Assembly (NCBI GenBank): GCA_964577985.1
Contig: CAZOAR010000004.1
Location: 6,470 to 70,469, forward strand
DNA from: an uncultured Gemmatimonadota bacterium
GTDB taxonomy: Bacteria; Gemmatimonadota; CAZMKB01; CAZNLH01
Direction of reading: 5' to 3'
DNA: 64,000 bases
The position numbers and the translations under genes were made by a program. This document shows, one piece after another, positions 9,123 through 19,171 of this stretch. Numbering within the stretch: the stretch's first letter is position 1; each line of letters opens with the position of its first letter. Under the pieces are notes generated by a model. The model saw only the letters and a program-made list of their open reading frames with translations, was not told where the DNA came from and did not search any database.

Positions 9123-11576
9123 TCAAAAAAATGAAATCGGATCGCGGTCGATGACCAGCGTGACGTCTCTTCTCGAGGCTTTCTTCGTCTTCTCCTTCAG
9201 GACACGTACAAACGGGCCGGGGTTCACGTCCTGCTTCACCTTGAAGAGAAAGTGCCAGCGGTACTCCCCCTTTATCCTCTCCACGAGACAGGGAGCGGGA
9301 CCGACAACAGCAGTGTCTCCCGATTCGATTTCAAGCGTCACGGCATCCCGGACAGCCCCGGCCGCGGCGGTGACAATGTCTACTACCTTCTCCTTTGCCC
9401 GTCCCGACGCGGTAACGTTAAAGAGATGATAGAACGGCGGATAATGTGCGTCCTTCCTCTCCGCGAGTTCATCCGTTGCGAACGCGCCGTAATCGAGCCC
9501 CTCCACGCACCTGAGCACCTTGTTCTCCGGCAGAAACGTCTGGAGTACTACTTCGCCACCCCCACCTTCTCTGCCTGATCTCCCCGATACCTGGGCAAGG
9601 AGCTGAAAGGTCCTCTCCGCAGACCTCAGGTCAGGGAGGTGAATCGAGGCATCTGAGTTTACGACCCCAACGAGCGTGATCCCCGGAAAGTCGAGCCCCT
9701 TTGTGACCATCTGTGTGCCGAGAAGTATGTCCACCTCTCCATCGAGCAGTCTCCGCAGTATCCGCTCATGCGATCCTTTCAGGGATGTGCTGTCCATATC
9801 CATCCGCGCGATTCTGACGTCCGGCAACGACTTCTTTATCTCCTCCTCCACCTGTTCGGTCCCGAGTCCTCTCAATCTGAGCCTCATACCGCTGCACGAA
9901 GGACATGCATCCGGGATTCTCTCTACATGGGAACAATAATGGCAGATAAGGGCGTTCTCGAAGCGATGATAGGTAAGGCTGATTTCGCACTGGTGACAAC
10001 CGGCTACCCACCCGCAGAGAGGGCACTGCAGAAACGTGGAATGCCCCCGTCGATTGAGGAAGAGTATCGACTGCTCCGCCTTCTCGATCCTTTCGACAAG
10101 CTTTTCACCGAGTGTGTCGGATATGAACCACGAATCTTTCCACCTCGGCTCCTCGCGCATATCCACGATCGTTATATCCGGCGTCGGCCTCGATCGATAG
10201 CGTCTCGAGAGCTCAATATAACGATATGCCCCACTACCAGCCTTCCAGAAAGATTCGAGCGATGGCGTGGCGGAACCGAGTATGACCGTGGCGTCGGTCA
10301 TCTCAGCGCGCCTGACAGCGACCTCGCGAGCATGATACCGGGGCGTCTCTTCCTGCTTGTACGTCGTTTCGTGTTCTTCATCTATCACTATGAGGCCAAG
10401 ATCTTTCACCGGCAGGAATATCGCCGATCTCGCCCCGACGACCACGCGATAGTCCCCGTCCCGTACCTTTCGCCAGGCATCAAATCTCTCCCCGGCTGAG
10501 AGGGCGCTGTGAAAGAGAGCCACCGGCTGGTCGATGGCGCTGCTGATGCGCGAGACGGTCTGGGTCGTAAGAGCGATCTCCGGGACAAGCAGTATTGCGC
10601 CTCGGCCCGATGTGAGCGCCTTCTTTATCGCCTCAATATAGACTACCGTTTTCCCGCTCCCTGATACGCCATGGAGGAGGAACACCTCCTTTTTCTCCAT
10701 CTCTATGGCTCTCTCTATCGCCTCGAGCGCTTCAATCTGATCCGCCTCCGGAACAAAATTTTCCCATCCCTCTCCAAACAGGCTCATCGACTTGGTGGAG
10801 ACTGTTCTCAGTTCCTCTACATTCTCCACTGAAGCGAGTCCCTTCGACCTGAGCCCCTCGACTACCGAGGCGCCAAAACCGCTATTCTTCCTGAGCGTTG
10901 ACACCGCTATCGCATCATCGAGACCGAGCAGATATTCATAACATTCTCTCTGTCGCGTCGACCTGCCGAACTCGGGCGCGCCCGTTCCGTCCCATTCCAG
11001 GGCTTTAACCACCTTATGTTTCTTCTCCCTGACCCTTTCCCCGCCGAGATACTCTTCCAGCGCCACCACACCCATATCCTCGAGGGAAGCGAGCGCCCTC
11101 CCCATTGCTCCACGCGTTATTCCGACCCTCTTCCGCAGATAATCTGCCGTAATGGGAGATTTTTCGCTCAGGATGGTGAGTATGGTCGTCATGGCGGGAT
11201 TCAGGTCCCGGAGAGAGGCTGCGCCGTCCAGGAGCGAGACGCGAGTCTTTCCCTTTCTCAGCAGTCCGGCAGGCAACGCCGACTTGAGCACCATCCCCAG
11301 TGGACAGAAGTAGTAGGAAGAGATCCAGCGACAGAGTTCCAGCATGCGGGCGTCTATCAGAGGGGTCCGATCTCGCAGCTCCAGAACCGATTTCACGTGA
11401 TCAATCGTCGATGCGCCGCTGAGGTCGACCACGAATCCCGTCATCGCGCGTCGGCGAAACGGGACAAGGACTCTCGCTCCAGCCATTATGTCATCAGACA
11501 TCGCCTCCGGAACACGGTAGGTAAAAGTCCCTTCTATCGGCAGTGGAAGCGAAACGTCGGCGAAGAGGTCAGCCAT
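9123..11576 (-). CDS. priA: Primosomal protein N' (PriA helicase)
   Basis: Start called at MADLFADVSLPLPIEGTFTYRVP, the typical PriA N-terminus. Walker A LLHGVSGSGKT, a DEEH box and the Cys-rich zinc region CPLCGWVAGCHQCEISLTYH...CHYCSH...CPSC are present. The longer upstream ATG would overlap the previous gene extensively. Confidence 0.9.
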   Translation of the reverse strand: MADLFADVSLPLPIEGTFTYRVPEAMSDDIMAGARVLVPFRRRAMTGFVVDLSGASTIDHVKSVLELRDRTPLIDARMLELCRWISSYYFCPLGMVLKSALPAGLLRKGKTRVSLLDGAASLRDLNPAMTTILTILSEKSPITADYLRKRVGITRGAMGRALASLEDMGVVALEEYLGGERVREKKHKVVKALEWDGTGAPEFGRSTRQRECYEYLLGLDDAIAVSTLRKNSGFGASVVEGLRSKGLASVENVEELRTVSTKSMSLFGEGWENFVPEADQIEALEAIERAIEMEKKEVFLLHGVSGSGKTVVYIEAIKKALTSGRGAILLVPEIALTTQTVSRISSAIDQPVALFHSALSAGERFDAWRKVRDGDYRVVVGARSAIFLPVKDLGLIVIDEEHETTYKQEETPRYHAREVAVRRAEMTDATVILGSATPSLESFWKAGSGAYRYIELSRRYRSRPTPDITIVDMREEPRWKDSWFISDTLGEKLVERIEKAEQSILFLNRRGHSTFLQCPLCGWVAGCHQCEISLTYHRFENALICHYCSHVERIPDACPSCSGMRLRLRGLGTEQVEEEIKKSLPDVRIARMDMDSTSLKGSHERILRRLLDGEVDILLGTQMVTKGLDFPGITLVGVVNSDASIHLPDLRSAERTFQLLAQVSGRSGREGGGGEVVLQTFLPENKVLRCVEGLDYGAFATDELAERKDAHYPPFYHLFNVTASGRAKEKVVDIVTAAAGAVRDAVTLEIESGDTAVVGPAPCLVERIKGEYRWHFLFKVKQDVNPGPFVRVLKEKTKKASRRDVTLVIDRDPISFF

Positions 11577-12600
11577 CCGCCGCCTCGGTGTATCTCTCCC
11601 TGACCCCGAGTCCCGGTTCGCGCGGGAGGAGGATCTTACCATGCTCCACGGTAACACCCGCATACGGATCCTCAAGTAACAGGAGATTTCCGTCGAGGTC
11701 GGCACAATCGACCAGGGGAGAGATGTGAGAGGCGGCTGTAATTCCTATCGAGCTCTCTATCATGCACCCCAGCATTATCCTGAGGCCGCAGGCCCTCGCC
11801 GTGTGTATCATCCTGAGTGCTTCCCATATGCCTCCGCACTTCACCAGTTTGATGTTTATGCCATCCACCTTTCCGGCCAGTTTGGGAATATCCGTGGATA
11901 CCAGGACAGATTCATCGACGAAAACAGGCACGCGTGACTTCCCGTGAAGTATGGCGTATCCCTCCATGTCCCCTGCGTAGATCGGCTGCTCAACCAGTTC
12001 GATGCCCAGGTCCGAGAGCCGGTCGATCTTTGAAATGGCCTCGGTCACGGTCCACCCGCCGTTGACGTCGACCCTGATCGGACGGTTAGTTACCTCGCGT
12101 ATTGCGTGTATGATATCCATATCGGAGTCTGTCCCGAGTTTGACCTTGAGAATAGGAGAGTCCGAGGCCTCGAGTGCCTTTTCTTTCATGAGATATGGGT
12201 CATCTATCCCGAGCGTGTATGATGTCATCGGTGTCGCCATCGGGTTGAGGCCGAGGACCTTGAAGAGCGGGACGTTCATGATCTTCCCGACGAGGTCATA
12301 TACCGCCATCAGCACCGCGGATTTCGCCGCCCGACTCTCCGGAATCTGCTCATCCAGTTCCCTGACGATGCTCTGTATGTCTGTGGGATTCACGCTTATT
12401 CGATCAGAGATTCGTTCGATCGCGCTCTCAACCATCGCGGGAGTCTCGCCGAAATACTCAGATGGGGCAGCTTCCCCCAGGCCGAAACGTCCAGCATCCT
12501 CCACACGAACCAGGAGATTCTCGAATCTGACTCCTTTACTCCTTGATATTCGGAAGATCCGCCTTGTCTTGAGGATCAGAGGAGAACACGTGATTCTCAT
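11569..12600 (-). CDS. Enolase-superfamily racemase/epimerase (dipeptide epimerase / N-acyl-amino-acid racemase, DgcA-like)
   Basis: 343 aa. Mandelate racemase/muconate lactonizing enzyme fold with the KxK and metal-binding Asp/Glu layout (VKLG...DVNGGW...LVEQP...FVDES). Resembles L-Ala-D/L-Glu epimerase/YcjG. Overlaps the upstream DUF1611 gene by 4 bp. Confidence 0.75.
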   Translation of the reverse strand: MRITCSPLILKTRRIFRISRSKGVRFENLLVRVEDAGRFGLGEAAPSEYFGETPAMVESAIERISDRISVNPTDIQSIVRELDEQIPESRAAKSAVLMAVYDLVGKIMNVPLFKVLGLNPMATPMTSYTLGIDDPYLMKEKALEASDSPILKVKLGTDSDMDIIHAIREVTNRPIRVDVNGGWTVTEAISKIDRLSDLGIELVEQPIYAGDMEGYAILHGKSRVPVFVDESVLVSTDIPKLAGKVDGINIKLVKCGGIWEALRMIHTARACGLRIMLGCMIESSIGITAASHISPLVDCADLDGNLLLLEDPYAGVTVEHGKILLPREPGLGVRERYTEAADG

Positions 12601-13643
12601 CCTTTTCTCACCACCTTTCTTATCGACTCCATCAACATGTCTACACCTGATTTTATCGGATCCGTGACCGGAAGTCCAGTCTCTTCCGCGGCTGACTCGA
12701 TTGCCGCCACGGCCTCTTCCTCATCCAGATCGAAACAGTTGAGGGCAATGCCTATCACCGGAACCTTCTTTATATCAGCTATGCACCCTTCGTATATGTC
12801 GACCCACCGGCGGAGGCCTGGAAGCCGCACTCCATATCCGGGAATCTCCTTCCTCGTGGGTATATGGCAGAGTATGAACGCGTCCGGCATAGTACCGTGG
12901 ATGAGTCCAAGTGTGACACCCGAATAACCGGGATGAAGGAGCGAGCCCTGTCCCTCCACAATCACGAGCTCCTTTCCTTCTGACACCCTCAATACCAGTT
13001 CCTCCGCGCTCCCCGAGACAAAATCGGCCTTGACACTGTCGACAACGGCTCCATCTCCCAGGATGTAGACGCCCGTCTGTCCGGTGGTCGCCAGGGCCGT
13101 TCTGATACCGGCCTTCCGGGCGGCCCGATATAGCTCGAATGAGACCGTCATCTTACCAACGTTGCAGTCGGTCCCCACAGTGAGAATTACCGTAGCCTCT
13201 ACATCTCTCGCCTTTCCCGTTCCGACAGTGACAGACGGTCTCGGCCTCCGGATATCCCGGATCCTGACTCCCTTCTCCTTCGCAAGCAAAGAGATCTGCG
13301 GATCGTCACTCAAATAATCATGGAGCCCGCTGACAATGTCCAGGCGACGCTCCACAGCGCTCAGAATGATCGCTCTCCACTCTTCCGGCAGTGCTCCTCC
13401 CCTCGGCGCGATTCCGATCAGCAGTTCCGTGGGTGAGAAGGCCTCGGCCTCTTCGATGGACGCCACTACCGGTATCCCCTCGCCGATCCCGATTATCTCC
13501 GAGGCATCCATACCGGCGTGTTCACTATCCAGAAGCGCGACGACATTATCGGGTCTGTAGCGGATGACACAGCAGGCCGTCTTCGACTCAAGCACGCCTA
13601 GCGATCCCTCCACCAGCACCACGGTTCGCGTGGACCCGCTCAT
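12597..13643 (-). CDS. DUF1611 domain protein (DgcN-like putative N-acetyltransferase)
   Basis: 348 aa. DUF1611/COG3367 is the usual partner of enolase-family epimerases (the DgcN-DgcA pair). Overlaps the uvrA start by 4 bp. Confidence 0.65.
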   Translation of the reverse strand: MSGSTRTVVLVEGSLGVLESKTACCVIRYRPDNVVALLDSEHAGMDASEIIGIGEGIPVVASIEEAEAFSPTELLIGIAPRGGALPEEWRAIILSAVERRLDIVSGLHDYLSDDPQISLLAKEKGVRIRDIRRPRPSVTVGTGKARDVEATVILTVGTDCNVGKMTVSFELYRAARKAGIRTALATTGQTGVYILGDGAVVDSVKADFVSGSAEELVLRVSEGKELVIVEGQGSLLHPGYSGVTLGLIHGTMPDAFILCHIPTRKEIPGYGVRLPGLRRWVDIYEGCIADIKKVPVIGIALNCFDLDEEEAVAAIESAAEETGLPVTDPIKSGVDMLMESIRKVVRKG

Positions 13644-16513
13644 CTCCGCCCTTTCAGGACCTTCTTGAGATATGACCCCGTGAATGAACCTCGCGTGCCT
13701 GCGACATCTTCGGGGGTACCAGCCACAACCAGAGAACCACCCTCATCACCACCCTCCGGGCCGAGGTCGATGACATAATCGGCCGTCTTGACAACCTCGA
13801 GGTTGTGCTCTATGACTATCACTGTATTCCCCTTGTCAACAAGGGCGTGGAGTACATTCAGAAGCGCCCTTACATCATCAAAGTGCAGACCAGTGGTCGG
13901 TTCATCCAGTATGTACAGGGTCCTGCCGGTACCGATTTTCGCCAGCTCAGAGGCCAGCTTCACCCGCTGCGCCTCACCACCGGAGAGGGTGGTGGCCGGC
14001 TGCCCGAGCCGTATATATCCGAGACCTACCTCATTCAGGACATCGAGTTTTCTCCGGATCACCGGTACGTTCATGAAGAATTCTAGGGCTTCACCGACCG
14101 TCATGTCAAGGATATCGGCGATAGATCGCCCCTTGTATGTCACGTCGAGCGTCTCCCTGTTGTACCTCCTGCCACGACAAATCTCGCATGGGACATAGAC
14201 ATCCGGCAGAAAGTGCATCTCGATCTTCACCAGCCCGTCACCCCTGCACGCTTCACATCTGCCCCCCTTGACATTGAAGCTGAATCGCCCCCTGGAATAT
14301 CCCCGCATCTTCGACTCCGGGAGCATCGAGAAATAGTCCCTGATCGGGGTAAAGATACCCGTGTAGGTTGCAGGATTGGATCTTGGTGTCCGGCCGATAG
14401 GAGACTGGTCGATTTCTATCACCTTGTCTATCTGTTCAAGGCCCTCGATCGAGTCATGCTTACCCGGCCTGGCTTTCGACCGATAAAAATGGGCGGCGAG
14501 TGCCCTGTAGAGTATATCGTTCACGAGTGTACTCTTCCCCGAACCCGATACCCCACATACCGCGATAAGGAGCCCGAGGGGGAAACAGACATCAAGGTTC
14601 TTCAGGTTGTGCTCTCTCGCCCCGTTGACCGTTATCACACCGCCGTTTCCCCTCCTTCTGGATCCTGGAACCGGAATCGACAACTTCCCGCTGAGATACC
14701 TGCCGGTCAGAGACTCCCCGCTTCCCATCACCACTGCCGGTTTCCCGGCAGCCACGACCTCTCCACCCTGAACACCCGCGCCGGGCCCGAGGTCCACAAT
14801 ATAATCCGCGGCCCTGATTATCTCGTCGTCGTGCTCAACCACCACGATCGTGTTCCCCAGATCCTTCAGTCGCCTGAGTGTCTTGAGCAGATTCTCATTG
14901 TCCCTGTAGTGGAGTCCGATAGAAGGTTCATCCAGTATGTAGAGCACACCCACCAGGTTAGTCCCGATCTGCGTGGCGAGGCGGATGCGCTGAGATTCTC
15001 CACCTGCCAGTGTGGAGGCCTGCCTGTCGAGCGTGAGATAGCCGAGCCCTACCTCGACGAGAAACTGGAGCCTTTCTGTTATCCCCCCCAATATCGGCCC
15101 CGCTATCTCCTCGCGATTCCCCTCCGGCCTGTAGGAGCCAAAGAAACTCAGAGCCTTCTTGATCGACATGGCCGTCACGCTGGCGATGCTCAACCCATCC
15201 ACTCTGACCGCCAGGCTTTCCTTCTTCAGACGGTCACCACCGCATGAGCCGCACGTCACGAGCCTCACGTATGCGCCTATCTGCTCCCTCACCCTCGCTG
15301 AGCTTGTCTCGTGATATTTCCGGCTTAACCCGGGGATGACTCCCTTAAAAGGGCGTCTGTACTCAAGCGTGTGCTCTCCGCGCCGATATTCAAAAGAGAT
15401 CTCCTCGTCTGATGAGCCGTTGAGGATGACGTCGTGCACATTGTCCGGGAGCTCCCGCCAGGGTGTATCGAGGCAGAAACCATAATGCCGTGAGAGCGAT
15501 TCGAGAACCGTGTCTCTCAGGTGGTCGGTCGGCACGCCCCACGGTTTCAGCGCGCCCTGCAGTAATGAACGTCCAGAATCCTCCACGAGTAGGTCCGGGT
15601 CTACCTCATGTCTCTGACCCAGGCCGTCACACTCCGGACAGGCCCCGTAGGGGCTGTTGAAGGAAAAGATCCTCGGCTCTATCTCGGGATAGCTGATGTC
15701 GCATCTGACACAAGCGTACTTTTCACTGAAGATGAGGTCATGCCCCGATTCGCCCGACTCCTTTCGAGGTGTTCGAGCCTGCGGACCGGCGGACCCTTCC
15801 GGTGATACCTGCACAACTCCGCCACCCATCCGAAGTGCAACCTCGACGGAATCGGCTATCCTTGCCCTGAACCTCTCTTCTCCACTGAGACGATCAACTA
15901 CGAGTTCTATGTCGTGTCGAACGTTTTTCTTCAGGGCGGGAGGTTCGTTCACATCATGTATCACACCATCCACACGTGTCCGTACGAACCCCTCTCCTCT
16001 GAGCTGTTGAAAAAGTTCCCTGTACTCTCCCTTCTTCCCCCGCACCAGCGGAGAGAGGATAAGAAGACTGCCCACGTACCCCGCCTGGAGAATCGTGTCC
16101 ACGATCTGGTCGACCGACTGGCGGGCTATGGGCCTCCCGCAGTTGTAGCAGAACGGCTCTCCCACACGGGCGAAGAGAAGCCGGAGATAGTCGTAGATCT
16201 CCGTAACCGTCCCGACGGTGGACCTGGGATTGTGACCAGCCCTCCTCTGTTCTATCGAGACGGCAGGCGAGAGTCCCTCGATTACATCAACATCCGGCTT
16301 TTCCATTACACCGAGGAACTGCCGCGCATATGCGGATAGAGATTCGACGTATCTCCGCTGTCCCTCGGCATAGATGGTGTCGAACGCGAGCGAGGATTTC
16401 CCGGAACCCGAGAGCCCCGTCACAACAACGAGGCTGTTCCTCGGTATCTCGAGGTTGACGTCTTTGAGATTGTGTTCTCTCGCGCCCTTTATGACAAGCT
16501 TCTCGTATTTCAT
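13640..16513 (-). CDS. uvrA: Excinuclease ABC subunit A (UvrA)
   Basis: 957 aa. Two ABC ATPase modules ([12 protein letters not shown] and [11 protein letters not shown]) with Zn-finger Cys clusters. N-terminus [24 protein letters not shown] is canonical. Confidence 0.97.
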   Translation of the reverse strand: MKYEKLVIKGAREHNLKDVNLEIPRNSLVVVTGLSGSGKSSLAFDTIYAEGQRRYVESLSAYARQFLGVMEKPDVDVIEGLSPAVSIEQRRAGHNPRSTVGTVTEIYDYLRLLFARVGEPFCYNCGRPIARQSVDQIVDTILQAGYVGSLLILSPLVRGKKGEYRELFQQLRGEGFVRTRVDGVIHDVNEPPALKKNVRHDIELVVDRLSGEERFRARIADSVEVALRMGGGVVQVSPEGSAGPQARTPRKESGESGHDLIFSEKYACVRCDISYPEIEPRIFSFNSPYGACPECDGLGQRHEVDPDLLVEDSGRSLLQGALKPWGVPTDHLRDTVLESLSRHYGFCLDTPWRELPDNVHDVILNGSSDEEISFEYRRGEHTLEYRRPFKGVIPGLSRKYHETSSARVREQIGAYVRLVTCGSCGGDRLKKESLAVRVDGLSIASVTAMSIKKALSFFGSYRPEGNREEIAGPILGGITERLQFLVEVGLGYLTLDRQASTLAGGESQRIRLATQIGTNLVGVLYILDEPSIGLHYRDNENLLKTLRRLKDLGNTIVVVEHDDEIIRAADYIVDLGPGAGVQGGEVVAAGKPAVVMGSGESLTGRYLSGKLSIPVPGSRRRGNGGVITVNGAREHNLKNLDVCFPLGLLIAVCGVSGSGKSTLVNDILYRALAAHFYRSKARPGKHDSIEGLEQIDKVIEIDQSPIGRTPRSNPATYTGIFTPIRDYFSMLPESKMRGYSRGRFSFNVKGGRCEACRGDGLVKIEMHFLPDVYVPCEICRGRRYNRETLDVTYKGRSIADILDMTVGEALEFFMNVPVIRRKLDVLNEVGLGYIRLGQPATTLSGGEAQRVKLASELAKIGTGRTLYILDEPTTGLHFDDVRALLNVLHALVDKGNTVIVIEHNLEVVKTADYVIDLGPEGGDEGGSLVVAGTPEDVAGTRGSFTGSYLKKVLKGRR

Positions 16514-16559
16514 GGACTACCGTGCCGCTTGAGTGGTGAGAAATGCCTTCCGCCAGGCT

Positions 16560-16601
16560 GCTAAAACAAGAGGGGGCGATCGGCCAGGGATCACCCCCTC
16601 T
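16560..16601 (-). terminator. Rho-independent terminator (13-bp stem AGAGGGGGUGAUC / GAUCGCCCCCUCU, loop CCUGGCC, then UGUUUUAG)
   Basis: Minus-strand reading. It lies just after the stop of the T9SS-CTD protein gene (16627) and before uvrA. Confidence 0.7.
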
Positions 16602-16626
16602 ATTCCATTACAGACTGGAACCGTGC

Positions 16627-18969
16627 TTACTTCACCAGGACCATCTTCCTGGCGGCGGTATGCCCGCCGATCGAGATCCTGTAGATGTAGATGCCGGAAC
16701 CCACCTTCTCTCCACTATCGGCCCTGCCGTTCCACTGAACGACGTAGTCGCCACTCTCCCTGTCGTCGTTCACCAGGGTCGTAATGAGCTGGCCGCGGAC
16801 ATTGTAGATCTTCATGACCACATGTTCCGCCTGCGACTGATCCTCAGGAACCGTGTACCTGATGGTCGTGGAAGGGTTGAAAGGATTCGGGTAGTTCTGG
16901 CCGAGCGCGAAGGCCTTCGGGATTCCGATCTCCCCCGGGGAACCATCGTCACCTATGCCGACCGGCGTGAAGAATCCAAGCATCAGGTTCATCAATTCGC
17001 CACGCGTTATCATGGTCGAATCGGCTGGATTGGAGCGATTGACCGACTCGAATCCGAAGCCGAGAACGATCGCCTCGGAACCCGTGTCCGTGTTCTCGAC
17101 ATGAACCCCACCTACTGCCCCCGAAGGAGCTACATAGGTCACGAAAGGAACGGCGACGCTGTCAGGCGTGGCGAAGATATCCGGTGATGTCTGGTTGTTC
17201 GCCCCTCCGCCTCCGCTGATGAGCGCCTTTTCTATCTGATCGCCGAGGACGTCACCGGGGACACCAAAGAGGAGTCTCCCGATCGCGCTGGAATCTTCGA
17301 GGCTGATGTGAAGGATGTCTGTCAGGAAAGGATCGGGACTGCCCCCGTTATCGAGGTCTTCCACGATGTTCTGACCACTGAGGATCAGCCGGCCCCCGCC
17401 ATTCATGTAGTCGGTCAGGACTGCAACGTCGGCGTCCGTCATGACATCACCCGTCTCACTGCCGGACATCCAGATGACCGTGTGGTAGTGGGTGGGCCAC
17501 TGGAGCTGGTCGGTAATGCTCCCCATGACCGACATGTCCCACACGTCAAACGGGACGGCGAGAGAATCCATGGTGTTTGTATAAAAGGTGTCATAAGCCG
17601 CACCACCGTCGTCATCAACCAGCATCACCGTCGGCATGCCGATCATCAGCGATACCGTATCGGTGGAAGTGACAGCACCTCCGCTGGCGCTGATGTCGAG
17701 CTGGAAGGAGACTGAATGGGAACTCGCTCCCTGGTCGATTTCTATGACGAATGGATCCGCGCCGTTGTCGCCAGCGCTGTTCGCCGGGATATCCGGATAA
17801 GTCCCCGCACCGTCCGTAACAGTCACCGTCGGGTCATTGATCACACTGAGCGTAGCGGAGATGTCGGAACCGTCGAAGAGCCGGTTGACAAGCCCGACAG
17901 CCAGGTTGACCGTCTCACCCGGGTCCGGAACACCATCTCCCGAAGGTTCATCTACAACCATGTATGCCCCCGACAGATCGGGATAATAGTCGAGCCCGAA
18001 GACGCCCTGCGTCGTGCCGACCAGCACTCGTTGTCCCTGGTCGATAGCAACGGCGTTAACCCGGCCGACCGAGAGATCGCCTGTGAGCGGAAGAAACGAT
18101 CCTCCGGCCAGACCCCTGATCGTAATGCCACCCAGATGCCCGACAAAGAGATAACCCTGCGAGGCATCTATACCCAGATCATTCTGGCCAACATCGTCGG
18201 GCCATGGCAGTGGCGTCCAGTTCTCCCCCCCGTTGATGCTCTCATACATCTCGTAAACAATTACTCTCGCCGTGAAGTAGTTCGCAGTCACGAAAAGATT
18301 CATGCTGTTGAGGGGGTTTACCGCTATATTGTCTACGACAAAGCTGATCGCCGGGTTGAATCCGCTCGTTAAACGCAGCGGCCAGGTCTCACCGGCATCT
18401 GTGCTCTTGCCGATCCCATTACCTAACCGTAAACACTCATACATGATGTTGACATCGTTTGGATCGATGGCCACATCCAGGGTAGTAAGCGTGTCCTTCT
18501 GTTCTGTCAGCCGATAGAGGCCGTCCTGAGTCGCAAAAAAAGCGATCCCGCTGTTAACAGGATCGACGGCTATCGCGTCGATTTCCTTTGGCAGCGCGGT
18601 GGGCACTTCAACCCAGTTTCTGCCGCCGTCCGTGCTCCGAAAGAACTTGGCGCCGTTACCGAAGATGTTACCCTCGTCGGAGACGACGATCGCTGCAGGG
18701 TCGGAGGGAGACACCTCGATGGCCGTCATGAGCCTGCCTCCGACAGGGTTTATAAAGACGGGAGAAAAACTGGCTCCTCCGTCTGTGCTCTTGAAGACCT
18801 TGCTCGTATTGATTGCAAAGACCGATTCGGGCGCCGAGGAATTGAGGGAGATATCCGTTACATCGAGCCCCTCGAGGCCCAACGTATCCCACGACTGCGC
18901 GCGAGCGCTACCTGAAAAGGCCATCGCCAGGATGGTCAGCAATGCTGCAAACTTCATTTTATTACCCAT
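16627..18969 (-). CDS. Secreted beta-propeller-like protein with T9SS (Por) C-terminal sorting domain
   Basis: The start is called at MGNKMKFAALLTILAMAFSGSARA (signal peptide) after a GGAGGTG SD. Multiple Asp-box-like S-x-D-G-G-x-W repeats. The C-terminus GQNYPNPFNPSTTIRYTVPE...IYNVRGQLITTL...GIYIYRI is the T9SS type-A CTD. Confidence 0.75.
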   Translation of the reverse strand: MGNKMKFAALLTILAMAFSGSARAQSWDTLGLEGLDVTDISLNSSAPESVFAINTSKVFKSTDGGASFSPVFINPVGGRLMTAIEVSPSDPAAIVVSDEGNIFGNGAKFFRSTDGGRNWVEVPTALPKEIDAIAVDPVNSGIAFFATQDGLYRLTEQKDTLTTLDVAIDPNDVNIMYECLRLGNGIGKSTDAGETWPLRLTSGFNPAISFVVDNIAVNPLNSMNLFVTANYFTARVIVYEMYESINGGENWTPLPWPDDVGQNDLGIDASQGYLFVGHLGGITIRGLAGGSFLPLTGDLSVGRVNAVAIDQGQRVLVGTTQGVFGLDYYPDLSGAYMVVDEPSGDGVPDPGETVNLAVGLVNRLFDGSDISATLSVINDPTVTVTDGAGTYPDIPANSAGDNGADPFVIEIDQGASSHSVSFQLDISASGGAVTSTDTVSLMIGMPTVMLVDDDGGAAYDTFYTNTMDSLAVPFDVWDMSVMGSITDQLQWPTHYHTVIWMSGSETGDVMTDADVAVLTDYMNGGGRLILSGQNIVEDLDNGGSPDPFLTDILHISLEDSSAIGRLLFGVPGDVLGDQIEKALISGGGGANNQTSPDIFATPDSVAVPFVTYVAPSGAVGGVHVENTDTGSEAIVLGFGFESVNRSNPADSTMITRGELMNLMLGFFTPVGIGDDGSPGEIGIPKAFALGQNYPNPFNPSTTIRYTVPEDQSQAEHVVMKIYNVRGQLITTLVNDDRESGDYVVQWNGRADSGEKVGSGIYIYRISIGGHTAARKMVLVK

Positions 18970-19110
18970 AACACCTCCATGGAACCGCTGATATCGTAGC
19001 AAGTTAATAGTCTTCCGAACGGGGTCTCGTGCTGACCCAGGTGAATTATCCCCCCTTTCAGCGCAGTAGATACATGCAGCTCGGCTAATGATACCAAGAA
19101 GAGTATCACC

Positions 19111-19138
19111 ATTATACGAAAATTTAGAAATATGTCAA
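19111..19138 (-). promoter_or_regulatory. Consensus sigma70-type promoter TTGACA-16nt-TATAAT upstream of the T9SS-CTD protein gene
   Basis: The minus strand reads cTTGACAtatttctaaattttcgTATAATgg. Both hexamers are perfect with a 16-nt spacer. It sits ~140 nt upstream of the start at 18969, downstream of the paralog array. Confidence 0.6.
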
Positions 19139-19171
19139 GTGTTCGGGAGCGGAAAAGCGGTATATGGTCAT

